Shown piece by piece: positions 63,076 through 64,000 of a DNA stretch of 64,000 bases. Every line of letters starts with the position of its first letter. Position 1 is the first letter of the stretch. The translations under genes were made by a program, and so were the position numbers. The notes below the pieces were generated by a model. It saw only the letters and a program-made list of their open reading frames with translations. It had not been told where the DNA came from and did no database searches. The DNA is from Patescibacteria group bacterium UBA2196 (lineage in GTDB: Bacteria; Patescibacteriota; Patescibacteriia; UBA2196). The stretch is from contig DCVE01000014.1 in NCBI GenBank assembly GCA_002328025.1, positions 5,882 through 69,881 on the forward strand. Reading direction: 5' to 3'.

Positions 63076-64000
63076 ATGATTTTTAATTTTTCCAGATTAA
63101 AGAATTTTGATTGGTCTTTACTGTTAATAATTACACTTTTAGTTTGTATGGGTTTGGCTGTTATTTATAGTGTCACCTTAAGTCAGGAAAAACCGGATTA
63201 TAGTTTGCTTAATAAGCAAACTATTTTTTTTGTGCTTGGTATTTTTTTATTATTTGTTTTTGCTTTTTTTGACTACCGTGTTTTGGGTTCACTAAGCTTA
63301 ATAGTTTATATTTTTTCATTATTACTTTTGTTGGCCGTGCTTTTTTTTGGGAGTACTTTTAAGGGTACTCAGGGTTGGTTTAGTTTGTTTGGTTTTGGTT
63401 TTCAGCCAGTCGAATTTGCTAAATTGGCTTTAATAATTTTTTTGGCGAAGATTTTGAGTGACAATACTGAGGAGCATTTGTCTTTAAAATTCATGCTATT
63501 GGTTCTATTGTTGACCATTTTACCGGTCAGTCTTGTTATTTTGCAGCCGGATTTTGGTTCAGCCATGGTACTTTTAGTTTGTTCTGTAGGTTTATTGTGG
63601 TTTGCTGGGTTGCCTAAAAAATACTTATATATTTTATTTGTCGTTTTGGTAAGTGTGCTGATTGTGAGTTGGTTTTTTTTCATGATGCCTTACCAAAAAG
63701 ACAGAATTACGACTTTTTTAAATCCAATGCGTGATCCCCTAGATCAAGGCTATAATGTCAGGCAATCCATAATTGCCATTGGTTCTGGTGAATTTTTGGG
63801 GCGTGGATTGGGTTTGGGTCCACAAAGTCAACTTAAGTTTTTACCAGAAACAGCCGCTGATTTTATTTTTGCTTCATTGGGTGAAGAGTTGGGTTTTGTT
63901 GGAGTCTTTTTAATTTTTGGTCTTTATTTTTTATTTCTGTGGCGCATTTATAAAATAATAAAAACCACGCGCGATAATTTTTCCATGCTTTTAATTTTGG
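63076..64000 (+). CDS. ftsW: SEDS-family peptidoglycan glycosyltransferase FtsW/RodA (3' partial, runs off window)
   Basis: FGFQPVEFAKLALIIF, LQPDFGSAMVLL, GRGLGLGPQSQLKFLPETAADFIF; not in the ORF track because it has no stop. Confidence 0.8.
   Translation, partial: MIFNFSRLKNFDWSLLLIITLLVCMGLAVIYSVTLSQEKPDYSLLNKQTIFFVLGIFLLFVFAFFDYRVLGSLSLIVYIFSLLLLLAVLFFGSTFKGTQGWFSLFGFGFQPVEFAKLALIIFLAKILSDNTEEHLSLKFMLLVLLLTILPVSLVILQPDFGSAMVLLVCSVGLLWFAGLPKKYLYILFVVLVSVLIVSWFFFMMPYQKDRITTFLNPMRDPLDQGYNVRQSIIAIGSGEFLGRGLGLGPQSQLKFLPETAADFIFASLGEELGFVGVFLIFGLYFLFLWRIYKIIKTTRDNFSMLLIL

Overview
This 64 kb window is AT-rich (roughly one-third GC by eye) and densely packed with short housekeeping genes, with no rRNA or tRNA genes, CRISPR arrays or transposases that I can see. 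The gene content and streamlined style fit a Candidate Phyla Radiation (Patescibacteria)-like bacterium; that assignment is inference. On the + strand the order is ileS(partial)-recO-tgt-clpC-like-glyQS-MTase-isochorismatase-M16 peptidase-AI-2E-rsmI-metG-secreted repeat protein-cvpA-tatD-Bpt-like. Next come a divergent zinc-ribbon ORF with a PLP enzyme and an ATP-grasp enzyme, then rmuC and a complete atpIBEFHAGDC operon. After that: UvrD/PD-(D/E)xK helicase-nuclease-DUF721-pheS-mraY-pgeF(frameshifted)-M14 peptidase-NYN-pheT-gyrB-secE-nusG-rplK-[DKNYY repeat protein]-rplA-L,D-transpeptidase. The window ends with dCMP deaminase/NMP kinase/THEP1-SWIM NTPase/dut-gatB, convergent miaA-miaB, a compositionally distinct radical SAM island, then minus-strand thrS (with a T-box leader)-hypothetical-dnaE, and a partial ftsW/rodA. 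The two most unusual things are these. First, a GC-enriched, strong-RBS island at 53.3-54.8 kb encodes a radical SAM/SPASM-like enzyme flanked by two small ORFs that share a C-terminal THDK-x-GW motif; I read it as a candidate horizontally acquired RiPP (Lys/Trp cross-link type) cluster. Second, a family of short GC-rich hairpin/palindromic elements sits in-frame inside metG, pheT and the helicase gene, with a 130-bp copy bounded by inverted repeats between gyrB and secE. All coordinates and motifs were read by eye from the sequence and ORF track; no database search was run.
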